From the human T2T-CHM13v2.0 reference genome, Homo sapiens, in assembly GCF_009914755.1 (NCBI RefSeq), contig NC_060944.1: a stretch of DNA of 64,000 nt. One strand, written 5' to 3'. The translations under genes were made by a program, and so were the position numbers. The notes beneath the pieces were generated by a model. The model saw nothing but the letters and a program-made list of their open reading frames with translations, had not been told where the DNA came from and made no database searches. This document shows, piece by piece, positions 61,051 to 64,000 of this stretch. How positions within the stretch are numbered: the first letter of the stretch is position 1; every line of letters starts with the position of its first letter.

Positions 61051-63152
61051 CGGGAGTCCTGCCCCTCCCTCGACCAGGTGGGGCGGGTCGTGGCGGGGGG
61101 CAGGGTCCCCTCCGGAGGGCCCTGGGTTAGAGTCTGGGCGTGGACGCGCCCCTCATAGGGGTCATTGGGGCATAGAGGCATAGAGCCGGCTTCTCCAGCT
61201 TGGGTGAGCGTCCTTTCCAGGCGGCCGCAGACGCGCCATCCTAGGGGTTGTGGGCCCAGGTTCCTGGCTTGAGGGGTCTTTGGGGTTAGTTTTGTGGGTG
61301 GGGCCCTCGGCTATGAGGAGACCTTTGTGGTTAAGGCCCATTCCCTTCTGATGGCCAGGGGGCTCTGGCCCCAGCCACTGGTGTTCACAGAAAGGGATAA
61401 TGGGGCAGAACTCAGGACCCCTCACCTCTTCTAGGGCAAGTTTGGGGTCTCAGGGGTCCTGGTGTCCCCAGGACTAGAGCTGGGTTTTGCTGAACACTGT
61501 GTCTTGGGATCTTGGGTCCTAGATACTAGATTTTGGAAATCTATTTGTGCATTCCTTTGTTTTGTAACTAATTCTCAATTAACTACTTAATCATTTTATA
61601 ATTTCTTCAGGCACTCATAAGTGTGTTCTAGAATTTCCTAATTCACGTGCTTATTCCACAGTTTAAATTAGGCAAAAATTAGTGCAAAAAGTCCAATCTG
61701 TTACGTATCTATTACTTCCACGAGATGTCTGTACTCTCTCTATATTCACAGACCTGCCGCTGGGACACCTTGCTGGGAGTTTGGAACCTGTGAGTTTGGG
61801 AGTAGGGCTGTCCCAGCTGAGGAGCAGGGTCTTAGCTGAGCTTCTGGCCTTTTGGCAGGAGGCTGTTGGGTGTTCCCATTGTTTTTGGGAGACTGCCCTG
61901 GCCTCTCAGTAAGAGGGTAAATTTTGACATTCAGCCCTATGTCCCAGAGCCGGCACCCCATCCCACAGCTAGGCCCATCCTTCCAGCCCTCAAGCTTTTG
62001 CTGCTCCCCAGGAAGGCCCTTCCTGGTGCTGTTCCCTCCCCTCCTGCAGGTGCCTTTGGGGTCCTGCCTGGGCTGCAGCACCAGCTTGGCTTGAGGAAGG
62101 TCCCTGGTCTCCAGAAGCAGCAGTGACTGCTTAGGGATGCTCACCCAGCAGCCGCTTTCTCTGGGCAGCCTTTGTGCTCCCATAGGGGTGAGTCCTTTGA
62201 GACAGGGACCTGGGCCATCCTCTCAGCTTCCCTGGGTCCAGGCCAGGGGGACACATGGGTGGGGCACTTTCTGGCTCTTGGCGTTTGTGGGGGAGTCACG
62301 CAGGGAGTAGGGGAATATTCTTCTGTTCTGCAAGAAGGGGCTTGTAACCTCTTTTTATAGGACTGGAAAACCTTGACACCCCCTAGTCCATAATTTGCAG
62401 CAGGTACTCCCAGGGCCTACCTGGCTCACATTCCTCACCCCTACTGTTTCTCCACACGTTTGCAGTTCTGCAAGAAGGGAGGTGTTCTCTGTGTGTTTGG
62501 GGTCCAGCAACTGTGAGGGACCCAGCAGGCCGACACCTCCCATCTGTTTCTGTCCCCAGGATTCACGTGTTTTTCAAGGGCTAACGGAAATGCTGAGATC
62601 TAAAAGCATGTTTATTGCTGCCAAGGCCTGACGATGAAACTTCAAGTCAAATTAGTAAGCTTTATTAATGACTACAAAATTTAACATGATATTGAGAAGC
62701 TACAACTCAATTTTTTTTGTCATTGTATATAGATTTTGTAAAGTTAAAATCACAAGGACAAAGTAATTTATTTTGATGAAACTCAGAATTGTTAAAAATT
62801 CTTTCACTTTTTTAATAGCACAAATGTGCGGCCTGGTGACTGGCTTCCCTGGGGGATGGCTGCTCTGTGAGGGGCTGCCAGACCCTCTGCCTTGATTCCT
62901 GTTCTTGGCCAGCCCAGGGTGGTGAGCCTGTGGAAGGAGGAGGGTAGACTGTGCCTGCCCTGGGGGTGGGAGTGGGGAGGACAAAAGACAGTGTTCCAGC
63001 TGCCGTCTGGCGTTTGCTGATTCTGAGTCACTGGATGAGAGTGAGGTGTGTGTATTTGCCTGCTGAGTGGGTGTGAATCTCACCCCGGAACCCAGGCCTG
63101 CCCAAATACCCAGGAGCTCCAAGAGCAGCCTGTGTCAGGCTTTAATCTGTGG

Positions 63153-63747
63153 ACACAAGCTCTGTGCTGTCATTCGCGTGTCATCGTTCGTGTCTTGGGC
63201 TATCCCTAGTATCCTCGCACACAAGCTCTGTGCTGTCATTCGCGTGTCATCGTTCGTGTCTTGGGCTATCCCTAGTATCCTCGCACACAAGCTCTGTGCT
63301 GTCATTCGCGTGTCATCGTTCGTGTCTTGGGCTATCCCTAGTATCCTCGCACACAAGCTCTGTGCTGTCATTCGCGTGTCATCGTTCGTGTCTTGGGCTA
63401 TCCCTAGTATCCTCGCACACAAGCTCTGTGCTGTCATTCGCGTGTCATCGTTCGTGTCTTGGGCTATCCCTAGTATCCTCGCACACAAGCTCTGTGCTGT
63501 CATTCGCGTGTCATCGTTCGTGTCTTGGGCTATCCCTAGTATCCTCGCACACAAGCTCTGTGCTGTCATTCGCGTGTCATCGTTCGTGTCTTGGGCTATC
63601 CCTAGTATCCTCGCACACAAGCTCTGTGCTGTCATTCGCGTGTCATCGTTCGTGTCTTGGGCTATCCCTAGTATCCTCGCACACAAGCTCTGTGCTGTCA
63701 TTCGCGTGTCATCGTTCGTGTCTTGGGCTATCCCTAGTATCCTTGCA
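63153..63747 (+). repeat. 66-bp VNTR, 9 near-perfect copies, OPRL1 5' intron
   Basis: Unit acacaagctctgtgctgtcattcgcgtgtcatcgttcgtgtcttgggctatccctagtatcctcgc; period 66 (63153, 63219, ...). Confidence 0.97.
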
Positions 63748-64000
63748 TATTGTTTCGCCTGCCCAGAACATGTGTGTTTGAGGTTGTCTTGCTCTCTCAT
63801 ATAACATGTGCCTCTTGCTATCTCTTGTGTAACATATATGTTCTATATAGGACCCTGATTCTACCTTCCCCCTTCTGGAGGGACCACCCCACCCTTGGCA
63901 GGTTGGGGGAGGGCAGGACTCTATTAGGGGTCTAGAGATACCTGGGCCATTTCATCTGCACCACCAGTTCTCCTCCGTGGGAGCGTTTCTGGGTCCAGGG

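Noticed and set aside
63067-63804. 210-245 aa repetitive ORFs and a CRISPR-like appearance
   Set aside because: The ORFs arise from a stop-free 66-bp unit; units abut with no unique spacers and the DNA is human intronic.

Overview
Human (primate) genomic DNA, GC-rich and Alu-dense, recognisable as chr20q13.33. Gene order: 3' part of PRPF6 (+, last 8 exons), C20orf204 (+, 4 coding exons, 189 aa), SOX18 (-), TCEA2 (+, with a U12-type AT-AC intron), RGS19 (-, hosting mirtron MIR6813), the head-to-head OPRL1 5' region (+, no coding exon in the window) and LKAAEAR1 (-, nested in the OPRL1 5' intron). I reconstructed exons by hand from splice signals; the complete CDSs sum to the protein lengths I recall (SOX18 384, TCEA2 299, RGS19 217, LKAAEAR1 194, C20orf204 189 aa). 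The main finding is that spliced C20orf204 looks like a secreted IL-7/TSLP-family four-helix cytokine: signal peptide, four cysteines matching two IL-7 disulfides, a TCWEKLF helix-D motif resembling IL-7 TCWNKIL, phase-0 introns at IL7/TSLP-equivalent positions, and location in a block paralogous to the IL7 arm 8q. Other oddities: a 4x22-bp repeat that multiplies a PRPF6 splice donor, a 196-bp inverted copy of the RGS19 start-codon exon inside RGS19, a tRNA-Cys 5'-half relic, a G-rich minisatellite and several VNTRs. Comparisons with known proteins are from memory; no database search was run.
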